Numbered from the stretch's first letter, positions 23,101-32,003 are shown. The stretch: 43,486 nucleotides of DNA from Barthelona sp. PAP020 (GCA_040182905.1 JARQWU010000062.1:1-43486); one strand, 5' to 3'. The notes: generated by a model from the letters alone, not told the origin. Made by a program: numbers and translations.

Positions 23101-24207
23101 AATGATATAAACAATCCAAATTTGACGGATTTAAACAATACAAAAGAGAGTATGAGTGCATTTGAACCGGGAACGCGTATTTTTGCAGCTGTACATGATA
23201 TTTTAAAATTGCAAAAAAATGGACCTTTCAAAACATTTTCAAGAACGATGCAAGGTGATATTGTTTCCACTCATTCATATGAAAAATCTCCTTTAATTTT
23301 TGGACATTTACCTTCAATAACAATGTTTTCAACAAGTCAATTAATCTCACCAAACGTGACCAACATCAGTCCTTTATTCTTAATACCTCCCTCTATTGAT
23401 TGTCAAATTCACACATATTCCAATATCAATGACCCATACAATGGGATGGTACAATTAAAGAGCAATCCTGATTTTCAGTCCATATTCGTAAGGTTTTCAT
23501 CCACTCATAATAACACATTTTCCTTCTTCTTATCTCCATGGGAATTGACTCAAAAGAAGTTGGAAATTGTACCATTGGTCGACCCTCACATAATGGAGTT
23601 GTTTGCAAATGCAATAACAAATCATTTAAGAGAATTGGAGAGATTCGACCCAATGTTTTCTTGCCGACTGAACATACGTACTATTCTGAAAAGAATTCAA
23701 AATGATTTCTATCTGTCCTACAATGCTTTGATTGATGATTTATGGAACTTCGCCATTTACTCCATTTCACCTCTGGTAGATCTCAATGCTTCCTTAACAA
23801 TCGAAAATGTCCCTGTCGAAACACATTCTCATGCACGTGAAAGAAGACAGTTTTCCAAAATAAAAAAAAAGACCCGACCCAGGACAAGAAGACAAGTTGC
23901 AGAATTGTACCCAGACCCAGATTTTAAGGATGAAGAGGATGAAGAGGATGAAGAATATGAGTCTATTTATTTGGAAGAAGAAGAAGAAGTTTATCAAGAA
24001 GAAGTGAATGATACTTATGATCAAGAACTGTTAAGTTTGCTTGAAGAAGAGAGTGATGAGGAAGAATCAAAACCCAAGGAGGAAGAACATCCATTAACAC
24101 CAGTGGAAAACAATCCTAGTGTTACGCAATTGGAAAATTTTGAAAAAAGTGTGTGGATTATTTTATGTTCAATTTTCAAAGAAGTTTCTCATTCAATCAG
24201 ACATTGA
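20137..24207 (+). CDS. divergent BRWD/PHIP-like protein (WD40 repeats plus degenerate bromodomain-like region)
   Basis: WD-type segments (IVIGCSDGTLAFWDV), LSPWEL (compare SPWD in BRWD/PHIP), LNIRTILKRIQNDFY..YNALIDDL (bromodomain helix pattern), and acidic low-complexity tracts. Confidence 0.6.
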   Translation: MLDEELQRLLLLYRLLKQFGINNIEELGDILLKKMPILSRDILGNDIPNKIEQINDLSEEIDEKQIENIFSMILTSESLLNFRNGMKTLSTNNNIIDSFVQNKFFLKNGIVKPQNIFRNVSLKFALCFPLNSITTSVIISPCGEIVLISTEIGHIYLIDTIFGKIKHIYKHLEGTNITMLSLSYKSLIGLSFDDDNQLSLFSLVEPYDVVYGRNNKFVDYLIYQKKSDDDDLVEYSDFARTKNNPIVFASFCNPYFAESEYLILMYQSSPIQIFELPYDIHRGGKAILLHTLYQEYRFSERSHSYSGISCFCTHNFLPLIVIGCSDGTLAFWDVVRGRLLGRILTNKEEEGSRSNFISGIVFSRNCEFLLILHQKGNMELLRWKNEEIHVVWRFPDDFEATFRPDTILGFSANSDQLMMTFFERRGAPMTFATINTEKALIDFEYLTKETCNIEPDSKDSFAFYMCDITGQLNHVSYSVDDNSDSNNQITPKTKLIDKINEPFTTCYSDQDGKVLIVFTESMNVRLYTDFHSLQMPTPELGLPFSHRKAMFWEWEIHREVSPFDIDLSDSSVHYLTGSNLPLSTCPRCLPILSETEESEEESIPIDPHAMDAVISYFAEELDNDEVLDEEDFEEHESEAYVFSEDEPNEEHAQRSLRSHTRPEDTLPPRLRTRVSSQNFLESTELDLEAFERDLISVREPELDEPSNISATVTFKPLPRVDFPPISAFDPLTPEIELIELNKNTYFTSKPPVNSCSLPQSDEYYVLFPDVYSMALNETLKNFDGKMNNLPQIFEDSSKIKKEQPTIVLNKPLVVEISCVERVEFPRIDNDESVMMGLVIYFGVLNDQTEKLFGHSTPYNDENYFWLDLPYNTQLVANDSLLSAVAPQLQGFCANRAYHFRLLFLGNPPFHGMVRLSQFLQSIANGVIQSRNFEKSKEEEEEEEEEEEEEEEEKTKEETKEENLINEQPSQNETVKNTEKSHKTDDISKNDINNPNLTDLNNTKESMSAFEPGTRIFAAVHDILKLQKNGPFKTFSRTMQGDIVSTHSYEKSPLIFGHLPSITMFSTSQLISPNVTNISPLFLIPPSIDCQIHTYSNINDPYNGMVQLKSNPDFQSIFVRFSSTHNNTFSFFLSPWELTQKKLEIVPLVDPHIMELFANAITNHLRELERFDPMFSCRLNIRTILKRIQNDFYLSYNALIDDLWNFAIYSISPLVDLNASLTIENVPVETHSHARERRQFSKIKKKTRPRTRRQVAELYPDPDFKDEEDEEDEEYESIYLEEEEEVYQEEVNDTYDQELLSLLEEESDEEESKPKEEEHPLTPVENNPSVTQLENFEKSVWIILCSIFKEVSHSIRH
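22945..22986 (+). repeat. (GAA)14 coding microsatellite, part of a 16-Glu run
   Basis: Perfect trinucleotide repeat read directly, followed by GAG GAA. Confidence 0.95.
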
Positions 24208-24565
24208 TGCAGGTTTAACATAAACATATTTTAATAATTTTCTTCTTTTTTAAAAAAATTTAAAACCAACAAATCCAAATAAAAAAACTTATAAAAAATT
24301 AAATGAGTGTTGTTACAAGGCAATTGCTTTTACCAGATCGAAATTTTCTGTTCTTCCTTTTTTCCTTGAATACGAAACTTTACAATCAACTTCTTCAAAA
24401 TTTTTGACCTTTTACAAGTGAACTGCAAGAAACCTTGAACATTTAGGATGAATTTCAAGAATATCAGAGCCTTTGGGCTCTTTTGAACAATTAGTACCGC
24501 AAATAATTACACATACCGCATAGGACAGCCATCTCCGCTGGACAGCATATGAAATAAAAGAGTTA

Positions 24566-24664
24566 AGACTGAGAGATTCCTGAAAGGAACACTGGACCCT
24601 TCGATATGAATAAAGATGTAGGTTTATTATTTATGAATCACCTGAGGCGCCAGTTCTCAAGTTT
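24566..24664 (+). ncRNA. candidate structured RNA element (three-way junction), family unknown
   Basis: Pairings by eye: TGAGA/TCTCA, TTCC-TGAAA-GGAA hairpin, ACTGG/CCAGT, CCTT/GAGG, TATGAATAA/TTATTTATG. Lies in a GC-elevated gap between convergent genes. Confidence 0.3.
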
Positions 24665-24727
24665 GGAAAGTTTTGGAAAACGTTTGGTGCGAAGGAAAAA
24701 AAATACAGACATTTATTTCTTTTTATT

Positions 24728-25426
24728 TTATTTTTTCAACAACGAATTCGCTTGACCATAAACAACTTTCAAATCATGATCATCTAATTCTCCCAATAAA
24801 GCTAAAACAGCAAACAAAACAGGCTTTTCTTCAGATAAATTATTCATTTTCGTTTTATTCTCACGAATATTGCTATTTGAGCGTTGTTTTGTAATTACAG
24901 GTGGTGTTGCACTTCTTTTCTCAACAGGACTTTTATGATTTTGTTCCAAACTATCAAGACAATATTTTTTGTCAATATATAAAGTTCTTGATGCCTCTCT
25001 TTCCTCATCTGTGACTAACTCCTGATCAATGCGAATTAAAGAAGGCAAATAATGCAATAAATACAAACGATAATCTGGAAAAGCTGTGCAAGGATTTTGT
25101 GAAAGCATTAAAACTTCTAGTTCTTTACAATTTCTTAAAAATACTATTTCACGAATATCTTCTATTTTATTATTTCTTAAAAAAAGTTCACGTAAATGCA
25201 AACAATTTCTAAATGGTTTTAATGTTTTAACTGTATTCATTGTCAACGAAACGGATTGTAAAGCAACCATTTGAGAAATAATATCAATCTAAGGTATTAG
25301 AAACAAATACAAAAAATTAAATTATACATTGTCAATGTGCATCGCAAACAAAGAGATATTCTTCACCTTACTTAGATCATTTAATTTCGTAAAAGATCTG
25401 ACAATTTCGGAGGTCAATTCAACCAT
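24728..25426 (-). CDS. CFAP410: cilia- and flagella-associated protein 410 (C21orf2)-like LRR protein; two exons, 25328-25426 and 24728-25288, 219 aa
   Basis: The spliced product MVELTSEIVRSFTKLNDLSKVKNISLFAMHIDNIDIISQM..LRELFLRNNKI..LSQNPC..YRLYLLHYLPSL and the C-terminal VLFAVLALLGELD helix match the CFAP410 architecture. Confidence 0.85.
25289..25327 (-). other. spliceosomal intron, 39 nt, phase 0 (CFAP410)
   Basis: Sequence GTATAATTTAATTTTTTGTATTTGTTTCTAATACCTTAG. In-frame TAA at its second codon; removal joins two track ORFs in frame. Confidence 0.88.
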
Positions 25427-25445
25427 TAATTTTTTAATAAGAAAA

Positions 25446-26324
25446 ATGTCTGACTTATCGTCTGATGATGAAATTGATGTTGGAAATTTATTTTCAAATG
25501 TTGATGAAACAATCAAAAATCCCGAATTAGAATACTCATTTTGTGAATTTGAAAGAATTGAAAATGATATTGGTGAAAAGGTTTTAAAATTGCAAAAATC
25601 AGGCAAACACAGTTTATGGGGACATTTAATTTGGAACGGTGCAAAAAAATTAGCCAAATTAATTGATAGCAAAGATTTAATTGTTGAAAACAAGAATATA
25701 ATTGAATTAGGTGCTGGCGTTGGTTTACCATCAATAATATGTTCTCTAAATAAGGCGAATTTAGTTGTGGTAACAGATTATCCAAGTGAATCGTTAATAA
25801 GTTGTCTAAACAAAAATGTTCAGAGCAACATTCCACTGCCCAACAGAGAAAAGATTATAGTAGAGCCATATTTATGGGGTGGGGACACTCAAAAACTTAT
25901 TAAAATGAGTGGAAATAGAAAGTTTGATTTTATCATTCTGTCAGATTTGCTGTTCAATCACCATTATCATCCAGACCTTGTTAGGTCAATTTCTGAGCTA
26001 ATTTCAGAGACTGGAAGAGTAATTGTCATATTTAATCATCATAGACCATGGTTAATGAGTGAAGACCTAAATTTCTTCAATTTGATGAAAGATGCTGGTT
26101 TTTCCACTGAATTAGACTTCAAAGAAGAAGCAGAGCCAATGTTTAATGAAGACTATGGCGATTCTTCGGTTAGGTCAATATTATGGTGTTACCATTGTTT
26201 TAAAAGTGACAATCCCAAGAATGATGCATTTGAAAGATATATAGAAGCTAAAAATACTTCATTTTCAAAAGGATTAACCCAAAAAAGAGAAAATCATCCA
26301 AACGATTTACATCGTGATGCTTGA
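25446..26324 (+). CDS. EFM7: EFM7/NNT1-like protein lysine / N-terminal methyltransferase (Methyltransf_16 family), 292 aa
   Basis: HSLWGHLIWNG, IELGAGVGLPS, VVTDYP, ILSDLLFNH, HHRPWL and PMFNED motifs. The first ATG is at 25446; the track extension from a TTG overlaps CFAP410 exon 1. Confidence 0.82.
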   Translation: MSDLSSDDEIDVGNLFSNVDETIKNPELEYSFCEFERIENDIGEKVLKLQKSGKHSLWGHLIWNGAKKLAKLIDSKDLIVENKNIIELGAGVGLPSIICSLNKANLVVVTDYPSESLISCLNKNVQSNIPLPNREKIIVEPYLWGGDTQKLIKMSGNRKFDFIILSDLLFNHHYHPDLVRSISELISETGRVIVIFNHHRPWLMSEDLNFFNLMKDAGFSTELDFKEEAEPMFNEDYGDSSVRSILWCYHCFKSDNPKNDAFERYIEAKNTSFSKGLTQKRENHPNDLHRDA

Positions 26325-27829
26325 ATGATAATAGCTGGTTTTTTTGTTTTTGTTCTGTAATTCAGCATCAAACGTTTACCATAAATTGATCGACTTTTTT
26401 TTTTTTGAGTTCACCTCCAATTTTCAAAAGGTGATGGGTGAAAACCAACACAATGATTCAAGAATAACATGAAAATAAAAGCTTTTTTAGTTTAAAAAAA
26501 GAAAATATGTGGAGCAAAGAAATTTCAAACATTTTCCTTATAAGACATGTGTAATCCACACCTGAGACAGTAAATGAGAAACAAGTATCACGAGAACGTT
26601 GAACAAAAATTAAAAGTGGAAGAAACAACCCAAAAAGTGAAGATAATGTCTTTCGCGCAACAATTTCTTGCTTCAAGAATTTGAATTATTTCTTCTTGGT
26701 ACATTTTTTTAAGCAGATAAAATCCCAAAATCTCTCTTTCGAAATTTTCTAACCATCATACACTTCAAAATAATGGGTCAACATAAAAACCAAAGGCTTA
26801 TAAATTAATGAAAAAGAAATTAATTTGAATTTGAAAGAGGTTTTATTATTAAAGCCTAAAAAGACCAAATTAACATTCAAATTGTTGGCTCAACAGAAAT
26901 TCAAGCAACAAAGATGTATTTCCTACTGCAACGGAAGTATGTTTCAGTTAATGGGATAAGAACTAAATGAGAAAGAAAAAATAAGCATCCTATCTATTCT
27001 TTCCAAGCCAAGAAGCACCCCTGTGCGTATGAGCAAATAAAAAAGAATAGTGTTTGTTTGGTTAATGGCTTTCGAGGCCCGATTGATATGTTGAAAACTT
27101 TAGATTTTCTGAGGTAAAGTTCAAACTTTAAAATTCTGCTTTTGCAAAATTGCAAAAGAATTTGGAGGGAAATAGTACACCCAATTTTCATACTTGCCTA
27201 CAAATTGAATTTTTCCGGTTTCTTTGTTTCTCAGAACCAATAAATGCCCCAGATATTCAACAAAGAAATTTTTACCGTTTCTCCTCTCTGAAAGTCAAAA
27301 AAGGTGAACAAAACCAATTCATTGAATAATGAATTTTGGAATTTGATTTATGTTTGGCAATTCAAAAGTACCAAATCTGCCTTGAAGGAACGAAAACAGC
27401 AAATTTAAGGATGAATTGGAGATATTGTGTCATTGGAAAGGAATGCTGAGTGTTATGTGCAATTAATAAGTCATCCTTGATGATGTTGACAAGTGGCAAG
27501 TTGAATCATTTCTTTGGAACAAGTGGAAAAAGGTGCGATTTGCCTGAGAGTTCCTAGTAGCCATTCGGTTGGATCAGGAAAAATAGATTGGGGTTGGTTA
27601 AATGGTGCGAGACATCTTCAAAGCATGAGGATAGAAGGTTAAGAAATCGAATTTCCCAAAAATTCAGTTGTTTTCGTTTATTTAGTTGATGTTGTTCTTG
27701 TAAGAAAAATCAATCTTGTAGTTGAGTAATAACACAAAGGAGAATCAAATTTTAACAAAAAAATTTGTTTAAATTATAAATTTACAAATCGAAAAACCTG
27801 AGGAGCAACAGTAAATATAAGTGCAAAAT

Positions 27830-29806
27830 TCAACATTCAGTTTGCAAGTCGGAAGCAATGAATTCTTGGATTGGGACAAAATTTGGATAATTTCCTCCAC
27901 TGCACAACAAAAGAGTTCCATTATGGTTAAGGGACATAGTTTTGATCATAAAAGATACACACACTTTCTGCAACACTTGACCTGTTTCTCTTCGAATTAC
28001 AGCAAATGATCTATCATCAGAACCAGAATAGATCAATGAACCATCTTGGGAAAAAATAACAGACCAAACCCAATTATCATGAACCTTGTACTTTCCCAAT
28101 AACACCCTACACCTAAAATCAAATATCCTGACTGTACCATCTTTATCGCCTGTCACCCAATAAGCACCATCAGGTGAGAAATTGCCTGATATAACACCCT
28201 TTCCATTATGTCTCCACGTGTGAAGCTCTTCACACGGCTCCAATGAAAACAACTTTGAACATCCATCATCGCTGACAGAAGCAAAATACTTCATGTCGGT
28301 GCTGATACATACAGATCGAACATATTTTTCATGAGCTCGAGATTCATGCAATTTCTGACCTTCTACAGTGTATATGGCAAAGTAACCATTATCCATACCA
28401 AAAGAAAGCAATTTGCCATCTGGTGAGAACCATATTTGGGATACATTCCTTGCAATATCCCTAATTTCTCTTACTATTCGCCAAGTGTCAACCTTAATGA
28501 TATGAATTGCTGAACCATAACCACCAACAGCCAACAGTTTAGAGTCTGGGCTGAAATTGAGACCAGTAACCACTCCAAACTCCGCTTCATGCACAATTTC
28601 ATGTGTTTTAGCATTGTAGACTCTGAATAATTTACTGTGAAATCCTGCAACCGCAAAAAACCGTTCATCAGCGCTGTAATCAAGGGCAACAACGTATGTA
28701 TCAGGAAACACTTCACTAAACACAGGCCTTTCTCCAAATCTTTCAACTGCACGAACAATTTGCTTTCTATCTTCATTGAATCGTTCTTCATCATTGTTAT
28801 TCATAGGGTCATTCAATTGGTTTGTCAAATGATCGACTTGATTTGTTAATTCTTGCTTTTCATTCATCCATTTCTCCTCTTTAGCTTTCAACTCACCGTT
28901 TTCTCCATTTAATTCATCAACCTGCCTTGTCAAGCTCTGAACCTTCTCTTCATACCCAGTTTTTTCCAAAAGCCAAATGTTCTTTTCCTCCTTCAACAGA
29001 GCATTCTCCTTCACCAACCTCTTCTCGTCGAATCCCAACCCTTCAAAACGCTCAATTAACATCTGCAAATACTCCGTGATCTCGCTGAACGATGGCCTGG
29101 CAGCAGCCTCAACAGCTAAACACCTCTTTATAACTCCAAACCCAGGTATTGTATCCAACAATTCCTTGCCACACGGAAGTTGACCCCTACTCAATTTAAC
29201 AGCAATTTGAAACTCAGTCAACCCATCAAATGGAACAAACCCAGAAATGACCTGAGCCAACATAACGCCAAAAGACCAAACATCTGCAGGCATCGCTTTA
29301 ATAACTTCTGATTCATCAGCCAATTCAGGAGCCACGTACCTAATTGCGCCCATCATCGAATTTGCAGAACTCCTGCTAGTATCACGAACAAGTCCAAAAT
29401 CAGCGATGGCATGTGTATACACCCCATCTACACCAAGTCTCAACAACACATTATTCGGCTTCAAATCCCTGTGCATAACACCTTTCCTGTGACAAAACTC
29501 AAGAGCAGACGAAACCTGCATCATGATAACCAACTTCTCCTTCAATGACAACTCGGGTATCATTTCCTCCAAATCGGCATCACAATACTCCATTACAACA
29601 GCCTTTTTGTTCTCAATCTCAGTAACTCCAAAGATTTGTCGAATAAATGGGTGATTTAAAACCATGGGAAAGCATTCCCTGTTAAGTTCATCATCAGTAA
29701 TTTTTTCAATTTTATCAACAAATACTTTGATAACTACAATCTTTCCATGTCTTTTGGCAAGATGTAGGACCCCAAATCCACCTATTTTGAAGTCTCTTTT
29801 TACCAT
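27830..29806 (-). CDS. Ser/Thr (TKL-like) protein kinase - coiled coil - WD40 repeat protein; 5' end uncertain
   Basis: GGFGV, VIK, HRDLKPNN, DFG, YVAPE, DVWSFG; heptad-rich linker; about 7 WD40 blades (FSPDGKLL, GDKDGTVRIFD, HDNWVWSVIFS..GSDD). Confidence 0.88.
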   Translation of the reverse strand: MVKRDFKIGGFGVLHLAKRHGKIVVIKVFVDKIEKITDDELNRECFPMVLNHPFIRQIFGVTEIENKKAVVMEYCDADLEEMIPELSLKEKLVIMMQVSSALEFCHRKGVMHRDLKPNNVLLRLGVDGVYTHAIADFGLVRDTSRSSANSMMGAIRYVAPELADESEVIKAMPADVWSFGVMLAQVISGFVPFDGLTEFQIAVKLSRGQLPCGKELLDTIPGFGVIKRCLAVEAAARPSFSEITEYLQMLIERFEGLGFDEKRLVKENALLKEEKNIWLLEKTGYEEKVQSLTRQVDELNGENGELKAKEEKWMNEKQELTNQVDHLTNQLNDPMNNNDEERFNEDRKQIVRAVERFGERPVFSEVFPDTYVVALDYSADERFFAVAGFHSKLFRVYNAKTHEIVHEAEFGVVTGLNFSPDSKLLAVGGYGSAIHIIKVDTWRIVREIRDIARNVSQIWFSPDGKLLSFGMDNGYFAIYTVEGQKLHESRAHEKYVRSVCISTDMKYFASVSDDGCSKLFSLEPCEELHTWRHNGKGVISGNFSPDGAYWVTGDKDGTVRIFDFRCRVLLGKYKVHDNWVWSVIFSQDGSLIYSGSDDRSFAVIRRETGQVLQKVCVSFMIKTMSLNHNGTLLLCSGGNYPNFVPIQEFIASDLQTEC

Positions 29807-30338
29807 TTCAAAGTCACTTCCGGGTATATTGACGTCATTTTCAAAAAGTTGTCCAATTTGTCAAAGGCATCTTCATCTGGTTCTTTAACAATTTTGCTGC
29901 GTTTCTTTGCACGTTGTTGTTCGAGTTTTTTTAATCTTTCAAATTCTGCAAAGCTCAACATGGGCAGAAAAAAAATGGAATGAAATTTTCTAAAATATCT
30001 TTTCAACTTCTTTTTTGACTTTCTGTAAGATTTCAATTTGTTGTCTCAATAAAAGTGGTTTAATATTCTGTTGTGCTTTTGTCATTTGCTGAAAAAGAAT
30101 TCTTTTGAAAGAAATTAGGTTTTTTTTGTTGCACTTCTAGGGGTCTCAAGTTTTTCAATTCTGCAATTACTTTTTGCAAAAACTAAGTTGATGATCAACT
30201 ATCCCCTTGATATGTAAAATTCCTTCAATTTTTTATTGTTCTATTCCTGTGGAATGCGTTTATTTAAATGAATTTTACAGAAAATTGATCTTGTGAACAA
30301 AAAAAAACAAAAGAAAGAACAAAAAAATATGTTTATGA

Positions 30339-31850
30339 CTAATTCTTTCTGGACTTTTTGATTTTACCACGATTATCCTTAACACTTGACGTTTCTTGAG
30401 GGTTTTCCTTTTTTTGAGTTTCTTCTGATTTACGAACAGGAATAATACACATTCCAGCACAAACAACGGATAAAGTAAATAAAAATGAACCCAAAACAAT
30501 ACCATTTTTCCAAATAAAGGCCACACACATCTCCAAAAGCAAAACAAATGTTGATAAAAAATTAAGATGAGGTAAAGACTTAAAAACAACATAAGCTCCA
30601 GCAAGAATAAATCTGTGAGGAATAGAAAACGTTTTAAGCAAAGAAAATGGAAATGCAATCTGAACAAAAATGAACAATGGTAATGAAATGATAAAAGAAG
30701 AATCCATTGGTTTTTTTCCATTGTAAAGAAAGAAACAACAATTTAAAACACACCATACCATGAAAATGATAAAATTAACCTCTTCAGCATTGTTTGATAG
30801 ATTGCTTAAAAAATTACCCAATAGAGGATAGACTTGAACCAAAAGAAATGATAGCAAAACATGTAAATCTGCTGAAAAAGTGTGAATAATAATTAACATA
30901 AGATGTCCAATAAGAGAAGAACTTAATGATATAATCATTCCCAAAAAAGCAAAGAAAAATCCACGCAAAAGTTCACCTATCGTATAAACATGAAATTTCT
31001 TATTCTTACTAAACAAAGGATGATCAACATATGAAAAGATCTCTCTGGTTTGTCGAAAAAGCCCTCTCAAAAACATATTGATTGTGATTTCAATGTCATT
31101 TTCAACCTCTTCTTTAAATTCATTCACACGAACAGTATTATTAGCGGAAAAAACTCGACTTCTATCATCAGCATGATAAACTTTCACAGGACTTGGAGAC
31201 CTTCTAGACCGCCCTTTATTTCTGTTCGGATTAACTTTCTGCATTCTATAATTCTTTCGAGACCCGCTATTTGAAGTGGTGCTAACAATAGATGAAGTAG
31301 TGCTCATGGCATCAGATGCAGACAAGTCATAATTGATGACAAACGCTTCTCCCTTTCCTTTATTACGCTTTGATCTACTTTTCTTATTCCGAACAGGTTT
31401 TTTATCATTTCTTTGATTCAAAGATGAAGGAGAGGTGCAATATTGTATTTTTTGTTTGAACCTATCTGATAATCTTCTTTGATGCTTGACAGGGGAAGAA
31501 ATTTCAGGCTTACCTTTGGATTTGAAGGGGTTAAAAGAATTAAACCCTATTTGAAAAGGATTAAAAGAATCATTGTTCGTAAAATTTAATTCAGAATCAA
31601 AGTCTGAAACAGATCTTTGAGATTGAGAATCTAGATCCCAATCAATATTCTCAATATTTGAAGCTAAATATTCATCATCAAAATAACGTTCTGAATTAGT
31701 GGTTATAGAGCTATTATCTTGATCAAAATCTGTACTACTCTCTCGATCAAATTCTGTGTGAAAAGGATTTTGAAAATTTGTTTGAAACATGTCTGATAAA
31801 TAAGATTCATTCTGCAAATTGGAAAAAAAATCGCCTATTGCAGTCGACAT
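30339..31850 (-). CDS. hypothetical multi-pass membrane protein with a disordered S/D/N-rich N-terminus, 503 aa
   Basis: Long ORF with the first ATG at 31850 and several hydrophobic segments in the C-terminal ~200 aa; family not recognised. Confidence 0.7.
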   Translation of the reverse strand: MSTAIGDFFSNLQNESYLSDMFQTNFQNPFHTEFDRESSTDFDQDNSSITTNSERYFDDEYLASNIENIDWDLDSQSQRSVSDFDSELNFTNNDSFNPFQIGFNSFNPFKSKGKPEISSPVKHQRRLSDRFKQKIQYCTSPSSLNQRNDKKPVRNKKSRSKRNKGKGEAFVINYDLSASDAMSTTSSIVSTTSNSGSRKNYRMQKVNPNRNKGRSRRSPSPVKVYHADDRSRVFSANNTVRVNEFKEEVENDIEITINMFLRGLFRQTREIFSYVDHPLFSKNKKFHVYTIGELLRGFFFAFLGMIISLSSSLIGHLMLIIIHTFSADLHVLLSFLLVQVYPLLGNFLSNLSNNAEEVNFIIFMVWCVLNCCFFLYNGKKPMDSSFIISLPLFIFVQIAFPFSLLKTFSIPHRFILAGAYVVFKSLPHLNFLSTFVLLLEMCVAFIWKNGIVLGSFLFTLSVVCAGMCIIPVRKSEETQKKENPQETSSVKDNRGKIKKSRKN

Positions 31851-32003
31851 GTTAAACAAAAGAAAAAAGGAAAAAATGAATGAGTATTCTTTGTGTAAAC
31901 AATTTTCATTTTGATAAAATTATGGATATAAATTGTTATTTAAAACTCAATTAGTACCTGTGTTTAACGAAATTATCAAAAAACAATTTAAACTTGGTGA
32001 AAT

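Noticed and set aside
24325..24416. U5 loop-1-like strings (TGCTTTTACCAGA, GACCTTTTAC) and a nearby Sm-like site
   Set aside because: Neither string is the invariant GCCTTTTAC and neither is closed by a proper stem; kept only as part of the generic structured-island finding.
24569..24661. Resemblance to TPP or glycine riboswitch strings, the U4 5' stem-loop, or a SECIS element
   Set aside because: Only short partial matches; the essential cores are missing (TPP GAUAAU..CGUAGG, glycine CCGAAG/CUCUCAGG, U4 UGCUAAU, SECIS helix II plus AA loop).
25329..25445. N-terminal extension of the methyltransferase ORF in the track, and the 123-aa minus ORF 25322-25693
   Set aside because: The extension starts at a TTG and is antisense to CFAP410 exon 1; only 25328-25426 of the minus ORF is real coding sequence.
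25843..25860. ACAGAGAAAAGATTA, similar to the U6 ACAGAGA box
   Set aside because: Lies inside the methyltransferase CDS and lacks the AGC triad and internal stem-loop.
27190..27199. ATACTTGCCT, similar to the U1 5' end
   Set aside because: Mismatch in the ACTTACCT core, and no U1-70K loop or four-way junction downstream.
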